From the human T2T-CHM13v2.0 reference genome, Homo sapiens, in NCBI RefSeq assembly GCF_009914755.1, contig NC_060942.1: a stretch of 64,000 nucleotides of DNA; one strand, written 5' to 3'. The notes beneath the pieces are model-generated. The model had not been told where the DNA came from, ran no database searches, and saw only the letters and a list, made by a program, of their open reading frames with translations. This document shows, piece by piece, positions 1-15,879 of this stretch (position 1 is its first letter; each line of letters begins with the position of its first letter). The translations under genes and the position numbers were made by a program.

Positions 1-444
1 AGGTCATTATTTAATCACATCTAATGAAAAGGGAGTCTGGGAGATGTCTTTATTCAAGACATCCAAGTGATCAGCTAAAATTTGGAAGATATATGGCTGA
101 GAAATAAGGTAGAAAGGAAATTGGGATATAACTTTCCTCCAGGGGTTAAGAATTACTCTAAAAAAAGAATTATTCTCAGGTGGATCCAAGATGGCAGAAT
201 AGGAACAGCTCCAGTCTACAGCTCCCAGCTTGAGTGACCCAGAAGACGAATGATTTCTGCATTTCCAACTGAGGTACCAGGTTCATCTCACTGGGGATTG
301 TCAGACAGTGGGTGCAGGACAGTGGGTGCAGCACACCAAGCATGAGCTAAAGCAAGGCGAGGCATCGCCTCACCCAAGAAGCGCAAGGGGCCAGGGAATT
401 CCCTTTCCTAGCCAAGGAAAGGGTGACAGACGGCACCTGGAAAA

Positions 445-627
445 TCAGGTCACTCCCACCCTAATACTGCGCTTTTCTGACAGTCTTAGCAAATGGCACA
501 CCAGGAGATTATATCCCGTGCCTGGCTTGGAGGGTCCTATGCCCACAGAGCCTCGCTCATTGCTAGCACAGCAGTCTGAGATCAAACTGCAAGGCAGCAG
601 CGAGGCTGGGGGAGGGGCGCCCGCCAT
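445..627 (-). pseudogene. L1 antisense ORF0 (60 aa, truncated by TGA)
   Basis: MAGAPPPASLLPCSLISDCCASNERGSVGIGPSKPG... matches primate L1 ORF0. It stops after RVGVT, whereas the canonical 71-aa ORF0 continues. Confidence 0.85.
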
Positions 628-1202
628 TGCTGAGGCTTGAGTAGATAAACAAAGCAGCCGGGAAGCTGGAACTGGGCGGAGCCCACCGCAGCTCAAGGAG
701 GTCTGCCTGCCTCTGTAGACTCCACCTCTGAGAGCAGGGAATAGCCAAACAAAAGGCAGCAGAAACCTCTGCAGACTTAACTGTCCCTGTCTGACAGCTT
801 GGAAGACAGTAGTGGTTCTCCCAGCACGCAGCTTGAGATCTGAGAATGGACAGACTGCCTCCTCAAGTGGGTCCCTGACCCCTGAGTAGCCTAACTGGGA
901 GGCATCCCCCAGTAGGGGCAGACTGACACCTCACACAGCCGGGTACTCCCCTGAGACAAAACTTTCAGAGGAACGATCAGGCAGCAACATTTGCTGTTCA
1001 CCAATATTCACTGTTCTGCAGCCTCTGCTGCTGATACCCAAGCAAACAGGGTCTGGAGTGGACTTCCAGCAAACTCCAAAAGACCTGCAGCTGAGGGTCC
1101 TGACTGTCAGAAGCAAAACTAACAAACAGAAAGGACATCCACGCCAAAACCCCACCTGTACGTCACCATCATCAAAGACCAAAGGTAGATAAAACCACAA
1201 AG

Positions 1203-2219
1203 ATGGGGAAAAAACAGAGCAGAAAAACTGAAAATTCTAAAAATCAGAGCACCTCTCCTCCTCCAAAGGAACACAACTCCTCACCAGCAACGGAACAAAC
1301 CTGGACGGAGAATGACTTTGATGAGTTGAGAGAAGAAGGCTTCAGACGATCAAACTACTCCGAGCTAAAGGAGGAAGTTTGAACCCATGGCAAAGAAGTT
1401 AAAAACCTTGAAAAAAGATTAGACAAATGGCTAACTAAAATAACCAATGCAGAGAAGTCCTTAAAGGACCTGATGGAGGTGAAAACCACGGCATGAGAAC
1501 TACATGACGAATGCACAAGCCTCAGTAGCCGATTTGATCAACTGGAAGAAAGGGTATCAGTGATGGAAGATCAAATGAATGAAATGAAGCAAGAAGAGAA
1601 GTTTAGAGAAAAAAGAATAAAAAGAAATGAACAAAGCCTCCAAGAAATATGGGACTATGTGAAAAGACCAAATCTACGTCTGATTGGTGTACCTGAAAGT
1701 GATGGGGAGAATGGAACCAAGTTGGGAAACACTCTGTAGGATATTATCCAGGAGAACTTCCCCAATCTAGTAAGGCAGGCCAACATTCAAATTCAGGAAA
1801 TACAGAGAACACCACAAAGATACTCCTCGAGAAGAGCAACTCCAAGACACATAATTGTCAGATTCACCAAAGTTGAAATGAAGGAAAAAATGTTAAGGGC
1901 AGCCAGAGAGAAAGGTCGGGCTACCCACAAAGGGAAGCCCATCAGAATAACAGCTGATCTCTCGGCAGAAACTCTACAAGCCAGAAGAGAATGGGGGCCA
2001 ATATTCGACATTCTTAAAGAAAAGAATTTTCAACCCAGAATTTCATATCCAGCCAAACTAAGCTTCATAAGTGAAGGAGAAGTAAAATACTTTACAGACA
2101 AGCAAATGCTGAGTGATTTTGTCACCACCAGGCCTGCCCTGACAGAGCTCCTGAAGGAAGCACTAAACATGGAAAGGAACAACCGGTACCAGCCACCGCA
2201 AAAACATGCCAAATTTTAA
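1203..2219 (+). pseudogene. L1 ORF1p remnant (338-codon frame, 2 nonsense codons)
   Basis: ATG GGG AAA AAA CAG at 1203 and TAA ending 2219 are in the same frame. In-frame TGA at 1494-1496 and TAG at 1737-1739. Confidence 0.93.
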
Positions 2220-2282
2220 AGACCGTCAAGGCTAGGAAGAAACTGCATCAATTAACAAGCAAAATAACCAGCTAACATCCTA

Positions 2283-6093
<3,811 letters not shown>

Positions 6094-6469
6094 ACAATGA
6101 GAACACTTGGACACAGGAAGGGGAACATCACACACTGGGGCCTGTTTTGGGGTGGGAGGAGGGGGGAAAGATAGCATTAGGAGATATACCTAATGTTAAA
6201 TGACGAGTTGATGGGTGCAGCACACCAACATGGCACATGTATACATTTGTAACTTACCTGCACGTTGTGCACATGTACCCTAGAACTTAAAGTATAATAA
6301 AAAAAGAGAGAATTATTCTCATCGTATCCATTAGATGCACATAAATGCTGAAAGAGGAACAAGGATTTTATGGAGCTTTTAGGAGCCTACAGAGCAAAAA
6401 ATAAGATTTTATGTGAATGCATTTGTTTTGGGATAGCTTCTGGGATGTTCAGGTGGAGGAAACCAGTAG

Positions 6470-6808
<339 letters not shown>

Positions 6809-7294
6809 TGAAGATGGTACAGGAAAGAACACAACTAGAACCTCATTTTAAAAAAATATCTCTAGAGAGACTGCAGAATCCAGCCACTGTTAGGATTGGA
6901 AAAAACATTTTGCAGACAACTTTGGACAGGAAGATATTCTTGTATACAATTCATTCAGAATCCACTAACATAAACACACACACTTATACTAAGCACAGAG
7001 CAGAGGAAAGCTGCTTCTCAAATGAGCTGTCACATTTTAGGTGTCTGTGGTGAAGTAATGAGGGAGCAGAGATCTTAGAGACCTAGTGCTCCAGTGAAGT
7101 TTGTTGACAGTACTCTGTTTAAGGTCCCAGGAACAAGCAATGTCACAGTCACGACTGGGCCACAGATCTCCTGACTCCCAGGCAAAGGAGCTGCCACTGC
7201 ACCTGCCATTAAAAAGCCGACGGCTCAGGGTGCTGGGGAACCCTGCAGTTTCCGTGTCCGCCAGGGCTGGGGGAGGTGTGGTCAAGGATCTAGA

Positions 7295-7640
7295 TGATTT
7301 AATCCAGTTTACCAAAGGGGTTTTATAGTGAGCAATTAAGGCGTGGTAAAGGCATTAATCACTAATGAGTCATTAACTCTGCCCACTATTGTACAGTTAA
7401 CAAGCGGAGGCCAGATTATTAGAGCTGGTCCCCAATAAAAGGGACGACAAGGTCACAGAGAGCACCATCCGCCTCCACAAGGGTCGGGTGCGTCCGTCTG
7501 GCGCTGCGGGGTCTCGCCTTTACCAGGAGGGCAAGAAGGCACCAAGGGGGAGTGCGGAGCTCTGGCTACCTGAGCGAAGAGGAAGTGCAGCTGTTAATTA
7601 CTTTAATTGTATTTTGTAATAAATTAATTTTTAATTTTAT
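7295..7640. promoter_or_regulatory. Candidate enhancer downstream of RAX (homeodomain/SOX/nuclear-receptor site cluster)
   Basis: TAATCC 7300, CAATTA 7333, ATTAATC 7354, TAATGAGTCATTA 7363-7375, CTATTGT 7386, AGATTA 7413, AAGGTCA 7449, and a TAATT-rich block at ~7593-7640. Confidence 0.5.
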
Positions 7641-8269
7641 CTTCCCTGACAGTCTTTCCCTGCCCACCTCCTGGAGGCTTGGATTCCATTCATGTAATAA
7701 GATTCTGCTGGTGAAAAGGAGCTCTTGGAATGTAGGCTGGAGAAGCGGACTGGGCAAGGCTGGGAGTGGGGCTGGGAGCCTGGGGTGAGGGGCGGAGCTG
7801 GATGGGATGGATGATGGGGACAGCATCTCATCAAATGCTGAAGCCGCCAAGGCTCTCGGGTCCGCACCCAGGGTGCCCTCACCGTACGCCGACCGTGTGG
7901 GGAACACGCTCTCTGGAAGCTGAGTTGGGGGTCCTGGTCTCTCTTGCCGCCCCCTGCCCCCAGCTTCCTGCGCGTGGGCTCCAGCGGTCTCCGCAAAGAC
8001 TTTCAGCTAGCCTGTGAATTTGGACTAGAGAGGGAGCAATTGGCATTCCCTCTACCGTCACCAGATTCTAGATTAACTGGGGCGGGGTGGGGAACAGGCA
8101 GGGATTGTCTCCACTAGTTTGACAATTCCCATTCCCCAAACACTGAATATGTATTTAGGGTAAATAAATTTAGCAGGGTGGTCCCAGTTTAGTTGGTGAC
8201 CTCTGGTCAAAGCCCGCCCCTCTTGGGGGTTCTCTTCCAGTCCCTCCACCCCATCCCACCCTGACCAGC

Positions 8270-9290
8270 CCGGATCACCCTCCTGAGCAGCGCAGGTGGG
8301 GGCTCGGACCGGCAGGGGACAGAACCGTGTTCGGAACTAGGAAATCCACTAGGGATACACAGCCTGGACCGGTCCAGGGCCGCAGTGCCTAACCCCAGGA
8401 CACCGAGCGAGGGCGCCTCCGCGGTCCTACGGGAACCTCAGGACACTGAGCGAGGGCGCCTCCGCCATCCTACAGCTGTTCTCTTAACGTCGAGCCTCTG
8501 GAGCCCAGCAATCCAGAGAGGCCGAGCCCTCAGTCCCCTGCGTCCGTGCAGGAAAGAAATTGGGCTGCGAGCATCGCCAACAGAAGCCGGGAGCCGTGGC
8601 GCGCATTATGGACACGCCGCCCTCGCGCGCAGAGACTGCTCCAGAAAGGGAAAAACGCAAAACTTAAAACGCGGTGGCTCACGCCTGTAATCCCAACACT
8701 TTGGGAGTTCGAGGCGGGAGGGTCGCTGAAGGTCAGAAGTTGGAGGCCAGCCTGGCACACATAGTGAGACCCTCGTCTCTACAAAAAAAGTAAAAACAAA
8801 AAACATTAGCCGGGCTTGGTGGCGCACGCCTGTGGTCCCAGCTACTCGAGAGGCTGAAGCAGAAGCATCGTTTGAGGCTGAGAGGTCAAGGCTGCAGTGA
8901 GCTATGATTGCGCCACTGCACTCCAGCCTCAGCGCCAGAGCGACACCCTGTCTCTAACAAAACAAAACAAAAACTGCCGTGGGGCTGGCTGATGGTGGCC
9001 ACGGGGTCGCGGGGGAGGTCCGCTCCCGGCAGGCTCCAGCTCTCTGGGTCAGCGGAGGTACCCCGAGGCTCAAAGAGCGGTCAGCTCCCCACCTCCCCAA
9101 AAGTGCCTGACTCCGCCCTTCTCTCGGCGCGGTCCAATTCGCGGCGTCCTTCCCCTCCCCGCCTTCGCTATCTGAGAGCCCCGCCCAGGCCCCGCCCAAC
9201 CTGGTTCGCAAGAGCAGAAGAGGATCCCGGTCTACAGACCCGCTTGCTTTCCTCCTAGGGCGGGTCAGAGCAGACGTCGTCGGGGTTTGG
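8270..9290. promoter_or_regulatory. CpG-rich island 3' of RAX
   Basis: High GC and CpG density by eye, with GC boxes (ccgccc) at ~9112-9197. Confidence 0.7.
8670..8973 (+). mobile_element. AluJ-like SINE
   Basis: Dimeric Alu with AluJ-type right arm (gaggtcaaggctgcagtgagctatgattgcgcc) and (AAAAC)n tail. Confidence 0.9.
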
Positions 9291-10029
9291 GAAGGAAGCA
9301 TCTCCAGACCTCTTGAATTGACTGAAGCCAATCGAGGCTTGCCCTAGGTCTGTGCTTGGAGCAGCACGGTGCCTTTTCTTCTGGAACCTCGTAAGACCCA
9401 TGTGGTTCTTGTTTTCCTTCTGTGGGCACTGGTAGCATCACCTGAGCCAAATTTGCAGCCTCATTAGAGAAGATTCAAGAACCATTGCATGTGATTCTTG
9501 GGAAAGTGATGCAGGCTTCCCTCGGGGTCCCTGAAAGCCTCATGCCCGTCCTAGACCGAGCCAACAGTCTAGTTTTGGAAGCTTGTGACTCAACTTCGGC
9601 CGGCGCCTCTCTGCAAAGCGTTTTCTCTAGCCATGGGCTTGAGCAGAGGGGCCCCAAGTGTTTCAGGGCCATCGGGGTTTTAATGCTCTTTATCACAAGC
9701 TGCTCACCTCCAGCCAGAGTTAAGTACTGGATTCCCGTCCCATCTGCACCCCTACTCCTAGAGCTGGCAGTGAATCTCCCACCCTCAGAGCTGCCCTGCG
9801 GGGCTTGGGGACGGGGGAACCCTGGGGCAGATGATGTGTGAAGATCTCTCCAGGAGGCTCAGGAAAGCACAGCTAGTGCCCAACGCTCAGGATCTCAGTT
9901 CCCAATATGGCCTAATGAGCTGTCGTAGAATTGATATAAGGAGCACTTATCAGCAATGTTTTCCCAACACGCACTATGATGGACACTTTTGGTTATTTCA
10001 GCCCCAGCACTTAGAAACAATGTAAACTG

Positions 10030-10185
10030 GGACAACCTCTCCATGCCTCAGTCTCCTCATTTATAAAATGGGGCTAATTGTATCTTCCTGGTAGGATTGT
10101 GGTGAGGCTTAACTGAGCCACTAGATGGAAACCTCTCAGAAGAGTGCTGGCACATAGTAAGCCTTCAATAATTATTAGCTATTTA
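10030..10185 (+). mobile_element. MIR
   Basis: MIR core gcctcagtctcctcatttataaaatgggg ... ggcacatagtaagccttcaataa. Confidence 0.8.
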
Positions 10186-10679
10186 TATTTTCGTGATCAT
10201 TTTCCAAGGGCTTGTCTCTGAAATGATGCCTGGAGAGATGGTTTAGAAGAAAATCTATTCTCATCTGAAACTAAACAGTAGAAGAGGAAGGGGAAGTAGC
10301 AGAAAAACTCATAAGGAAAGAATTGAAAAACAGCACAGAGGAGAAGAAATGGATAATCTTGGCAATGATCTAAGGGAAGTGAAGAAGATGCTGACGGTGG
10401 CATGCTCAAGGTCACAGGTGCCCAAGACTGCGGTAAGAAGGAGGACAGGGCACGTGTGGTACTCACTTGGAGCCCATGAAGTTGGAAGTTCTGTAAATAA
10501 ATCATCCCTAGGGAATGAAAGAATGAAACAAATGATAGGCCAAACACACATTCATTCTGGTTTTGTTTTGTTTTGTTTTCTTGCTAAAAGGTGATAACAC
10601 ACGGGCTGCTCCATCCTCCTCCCCCAAGGAGACATCCTTGTGAGGAAAAGTGCAGATATTACTCCCTACCTCTTGGGGG

Positions 10680-10760
10680 GGAATAATTTATTCAGTACAT
10701 TTTTACTGATCAGCCTACTGTGTGCAAGGCACCATCTGGAGGTCTAGGGGTACACAGCCC
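10680..10760 (-). mobile_element. L2 3'-end fragment carrying an AATAAA on the RAX sense strand (10687-10692)
   Basis: tttattcagtacatttttactgatcagcctactgtgtgcaaggcacc resembles the reverse complement of the L2 3' terminus. Confidence 0.55.
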
Positions 10761-12029
10761 TGGTTATGCAATAGCCTCTTAGACCCGCAGAGAAAGGACT
10801 GGAAACTATGATGAGGCTTCCCATATTCCCAGCTCCAGCGTGGTCATCCTTTTCCCAAGTCGGTTTCAGGAACCGGAGAACAGCCAGGGAATTTCGGGGA
10901 AATGGGGACGATGATTACAATCCATATTGCGTCATGCCAGGGTCTTGGTACTTTCCACAAAGCCTTTACAGGTGATCTTATTCCATCTTTCCCACCTTCC
11001 AGAGAGACAGAGTTTATTTAGACGAGGAAAGGGGACTGGGAGCTTCACTAATTTGCTCAGGACCGACAGACAGTAGCCAGTTGATGCTAATTAAGGCTCT
11101 GGGGGCATCATCCTGAAAGCACGCTTAGGGACGGGGGTTGTGGGGTGGACGCCCCCCCCCCCCCCGTGCCAGGACCTGTTGGCGGGCATCCAGGTTCTGC
11201 TGGCAGTCGCCCAGCTTCCAGTGTCAACGGTGGATATCGAGCACGCTCAGGTGGGAGTCCGGGACTCTCCTTCTTCAGAGAGTCTCAGGAGATTGTGAAG
11301 CGGGCTGAGATTTCGAGATTCCTTCCTCGCCCTAGAGCCGGCGCCAAAGAACTGCAGATACTGTCCAGGGCACGCCCGCAAGAACTAGCTCTCGGGGCGG
11401 TGGCGTAGGGCGCTCCAGGACACTCTCCGAGCGCGGCACCTCACCAGACGCGCCTTTTACCGAACTCTGGGTTGGCGAGTGTGGAGCGAGTTGGGGAGGT
11501 TAGAGAGTCTCGCGGCTCCGAAAAGGAAAAGCATCTCTTTGCCTCAGTTCTTGTACCGCTGGTGATCAACCTTGGGTGTTAGGGACTGGCACCGAACCGG
11601 AGATCTGCTTGGTGAACTGAGAGGAGTCCTTAGGAGAGCGGGGACGCCAGGGGCCGGGGGACACTTCGCTCTCGCCCTAGGGAAGGTGGTCTTGACGCTT
11701 TCTATTGAAGTCAAACTTGAAAATATCAGCTGCCGCTGGACTATGGGGCTAGCGGGGGAACTGGGAGCGCGCTAGCATCTGAGCCTTAGCCCCATCCACT
11801 CCGGACCCCAAGCGCGCACGCCGGCTCCAGGGAAGGGCGCCTCTGGTCTAGGCCGCCGAAGCGTTCGGAATGGGGACGATTCTCTGCTGCAGCGAAGTGT
11901 CCCTAGAATTTTCACAAGGAAACCCTGAGCTTCTTCTCAGTCCTCCTCTTTCCCTGACCCACCCTGTCCGTCAACGCACCCTCCTCCCGTACCCCAATAT
12001 TCACTCCTCTCCCCAAGTCCTGAGCGTGC

Positions 12030-12066
12030 TTAAACAGAGTCGAAACAAAACAAGCATGTCTTTAAT
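12030..12066 (-). terminator. Candidate proximal RAX poly(A) signal
   Basis: ATTAAA on minus strand (12061-12066), followed by a GU/U-rich element (gacatgcttgttttgtttcgactctgttt), about 460 nt after the stop codon. Confidence 0.55.
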
Positions 12067-12523
12067 TCTCCTCTCAAATAGTTTGAAACTACTTATACAA
12101 AAGTTTCTCAAACTCTATTTTTCCGCCTCCCCTGCTTCCCTGTTATGGTTATCTGGGGGTCTCCAAGCCTCCTGGGAATGGCCAAGTTTAGGAGCTTCAG
12201 CCTGTTTGGGCCTGGAGGCTCCAGCGCCTGCGGTGATGGGAGCGGCGTGGCCAGCGGGGCCCGGCAGCCTGTTGCCCTCCAGCTGCAGGGCTGAGGTCCG
12301 CGAAGTGCGTTGAGGCGGCCAGAGGGCCTCTCCTCAGGCCTGAAAGTCGCCCTTCTCCCCGTGCATCGGGAGCAGGCGCGTGGCCCTGAACTATGCTTGG
12401 CGGGTGGCTGCAGGCGACAGGGAAAGAGGGGCCGAGCTGGGGAGGGGGGTTGTCCCTGGGAGAGAGGATGCGGGTACGGTGCGGTCGGCCCGGGGTCGGA
12501 TCCCAAGACGTTCCCCAGTGCCC

Positions 12524-13021
12524 CTAGAGGGCCTGCCACGGCTTCCCGATGGCCTGGATGTGCTCCTTGGCTTTCAGACGCAGCGCCGCGATGCTGCTGT
12601 TGCGCGGGTCCGCCTCGTCCAGCGGGAACTTGTCCCCGAAGCCGGGCCCGCACGGGTAGGAGGGCGGCGGCGGCGCGAGAGGTTGCAGGCCGGGGCCCAA
12701 CGGCGGGGAGTTCAGGAAGGGCGGAGGCGGCGGCGGTGGCGTGTAGCTGGCAGGCAGGCTCTGCGCCGGCGGCCCGAAGCCCGGCAGGCTCTGCAGCGCC
12801 GTGGCGCCCCCGCCCGGCAGCGGCGGCCCGAGCCAGGACTCCAGCGGCAGCGCGCCCCCAGCCGGCCCGCCACCGCTGCCCGGGCCCGCCCCGAGGGGCG
12901 ACAGCGTCGCGGAGGGCGGGGAGCGGCTGAAGGAGAGGAGGGGCGAGTCCTGCAGCTTCATGGAGGACACTTCCAGCTTCTCCTGCCGCCGCCACTTAGC
13001 CCGTCGGTTCTGGAACCACAC
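12524..13021 (-). CDS. RAX: RAX exon 3 CDS: homeodomain helix 3 (VWFQNRRAKW, Q50), Rx domain, Pro-rich region, OAR domain (SSIAALRLKAKEH), stop
   Basis: Acceptor ctctcctgcag|GTG TGG at 13022/13021. 498 nt, ending PWQAL*. The three exons total 1041 nt, i.e. 346 aa. Confidence 0.98.
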   Translation of the reverse strand: MWFQNRRAKWRRQEKLEVSSMKLQDSPLLSFSRSPPSATLSPLGAGPGSGGGPAGGALPLESWLGPPLPGGGATALQSLPGFGPPAQSLPASYTPPPPPPPFLNSPPLGPGLQPLAPPPPSYPCGPGFGDKFPLDEADPRNSSIAALRLKAKEHIQAIGKPWQAL

Positions 13022-15279
13022 CTGCAGGAGAGAGCACAGGGGCCGTCGGGCAGCAGCGGAGGCTGCGGCCGCGTCCCCAACCCTGAGCCGGTTCAGCTCG
13101 GCGGGCTCCACTCCGTCCCCCTCAAATAAAACTAGGGGCGCAACTGTTATGCATGTGCCGAGAGAGGCCCGGATCTTCCTTCCTTCCACCCACTCCTACT
13201 CCTCCCACCCCGCGTTCTCTTTTCTTTTCCATCCCCTTTCTCTCTCTCTCTCTCTCTTTTTTTTTTTTTTTTTGGCCTCTTCTCTCCATTATCGCCTCTT
13301 CTGAGTCTCTTTGTCCCATCCTAGTCCTCCGTGGCGTCCCACCCTTTTCTCTGTTTATCCATAGCTGTGGTTGTATCTGTTTCCAACTCCTAGTGCGTAG
13401 CAGAAGCTCAGAAAAAAAAAGTGAATTTAACTCCGCAATCGAATCGTAGAACTTTGAAACGAGATCTCACCAATTTTCTGTGACCTTCTGGTTGGCAGCC
13501 CCTCCTAACAGTTTAGACTTGCTTGTTCTCTGTATGGTACAGATCTAAGTTGCTGTATTTTGGTCTCAGACTTTCTCTGCTTTACCTACCCTTTGTCTCT
13601 AAATACAGGTATAAATAAATATTGTTAAGTAGAGTAATTGGCAAGAATGGGCGTTAAAATTCAGCTCTTTTCACGGATTACTGGTTATGATAACTAGATA
13701 GGAGCAAGTGGGGTTTATTTTGCCCCAACCATATTTGAATTGCTGCTTTAATATTTTTATTTTTATTTAATTAATGTCTGCTTACTATTTCTGCTGTTTG
13801 TTATTACTTTCAAGGAGTACAATCATTCCAGTCTATTATATCTACTTTTACATTACAAAGTTAATTTTGACATTACCCTAAGACCTTAGCTCAATGACAA
13901 GGTTTTTTGCTTCTTCTTCTTTATCTGTACGAAGTCCTTGCCAAGAGTAACGTCGGGTTCTTCCAATGAAACTTCATTACTGATTTGATAAAAGTGCTGG
14001 AATATGTGTAATTACATTTTTACCACCAGTTCCACCTTCACAGGCAAGACAGAGAATCCGTTTAGTAGAGAACACAAAAGAATTTCAGCCAAACTGGTGG
14101 CTTTAGTGCTATATTTATGAAGGGAAATGGGGAGATTGTTGCAACCTCAGAAGGGAGAAAGTAGTTTTCAGTCAATAAGGGCAGGGGACCCCCGAGGAGA
14201 GCTGAAAGAACAGCAATCCAGCACCCAAGCACCGCAGGGCAAGTGTGTGAGAGGCTGCAATTAGGGAGAAAAAGAGAAACAACAAAAGTGTAAGTACCCT
14301 GTACCATCCTAGAAAAGATTCATCTGCATATCTAAGGCCTCAAGTCTCCCTTAAATATTAGATACTTGCCAACAGTAGAGAAAAGAAACACTGATTTGGG
14401 TGAGGGCTCCTGTCCCACCACCTTCTCGGCTTCCCTGTCTGTCCCACTCAATTCCCTACCACATCAGCTGTAGCCTTCAGATCTAGTGTCCCAGGTTATA
14501 GACTGAAGGATTGAGGTCGGTTATTGCAATGCTCTACTGCTGCCCTCGGTGTGGGAGATCCTGCCTAGTATCTCTACCATCTGATTACATCATAGTCATG
14601 TGTTAAGAATGGCCATATGCTGGGTGCTGTGCTGGCCCTGTGGTCACAAAGAAGTCACAGACACTGTTCTCAAGAATCTCACAACTTAGAGGAGAAGCCA
14701 AAACTCCTGAACAAGTAATGAGGGAGGATGCAGGTGGGCTCAAGTGCCCAGGGAGCTGAGTCTGCTTTGCTTGGATTCTGTAGGGTACTGGAAGGCTTTG
14801 CCTCTACTCTTTCTCTTGTATTCATTCCCTCTCCCATCCTTCTTTTTTTGAAAGCAGGTGATAAAATTTCCACCCCTTCAGTGAAATCACTGCAGCTTTA
14901 CTGCCCCAAATTAGGAGACATTGAACTGTCCTTGCTGGTTAATCCCAAGTCACATTAGGGAATTATATTTTTTAAGCCATGACTTTTACTCATTACTTTC
15001 AACTCTTAAACTAAGCAGAAAAGAAAAAGCAGCAGCTTGTCCTCTTTTACTTTTAAGACATGGATAAAAGCTCCGAACACTTGAGTGTTCTCATTTCCTG
15101 GAAATCTAATTTATTAGACACACACAAAAATCCCATCTTAGTTCCACTGCCTTTCAGATGCAGTGAAATTTGTTCCCAATGTCTCTCTTTCAGCCCTCTG
15201 TAAACTCTCCCAATTTGGAAATCCTCCCAGATTTTTCACAGATGACTAGCAAATATTTAAGGCTTTCAAATATTTTAAT

Positions 15280-15340
15280 GATCAGGGATTAAAGATAATT
15301 CAGCTTTAATTAAAGCGAAAACCCCTTTACAATAAAAAGA
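15280..15340. promoter_or_regulatory. Intronic homeodomain-site cluster in RAX intron 2
   Basis: GGATTA 15286-15291, GATAATT, 14-bp palindrome gctttaattaaagc 15303-15316, and ACAAT. Confidence 0.4.
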
Positions 15341-15879
15341 AAAGGCCTTTGCAGCGAGAAGTTTGGTTGGATGTGCACCAGAAAAGGAAAAGTCAGTTTC
15401 TTAAATAAATCCACCCGAAGTTTCAACTGCGAGGTGCCAGGCCCTTCGCAAGGAAACAGGGTTTTCGTTTCCAACTCGGTATTCGCAGCTAGTGACGAGG
15501 GTGGCATTTGGGGCCCCAATCCTGTCACCCTCGATCACTACCTGCATTCCATTTCCACTCAGCAACCCCCAACCCCTTCCTGGCTATGTCTAATGAGCTG
15601 TCGGCCTCTTCATCTTGCAAGTCATTCCCATCTTCTATTTTGAGTTTAGAAGAGGGAAACCCCCAAAGGGGAGCTCGTACTACAAACTGGAACAGACTGC
15701 TTGAAGGGCGATGCACAGGGAACATCGAAGATCTGTGCCTCTCCCTTGAGACTCTGGGCATGCCAAGTCGAGGAAGGACAGTAATAAATGCATGGACACC
15801 CGTGAATTCCGAGAAGCATTGGCTGCAATTTGGGCCTCGGGCCCTCCCAGATCCCAGTTCCTCAACCTGGGCGCTTTAC

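Larger units (their letters stand above)
11300..13130. promoter_or_regulatory. CpG island over RAX exon 3 and 3'UTR
   Basis: Very high GC and CpG density. Confidence 0.85.

Noticed and set aside
12108-12995. 295-aa alternative-frame ORF over RAX exon 3, plus long antisense ORFs 12310-12930, 12380-13129 and 12801-13304
   Set aside because: Expected shadow ORFs in very GC-rich coding DNA: non-ATG starts and low-complexity Ala/Arg/Gly/Pro content. Relevant only as the neo-tail frame for frameshift variants.
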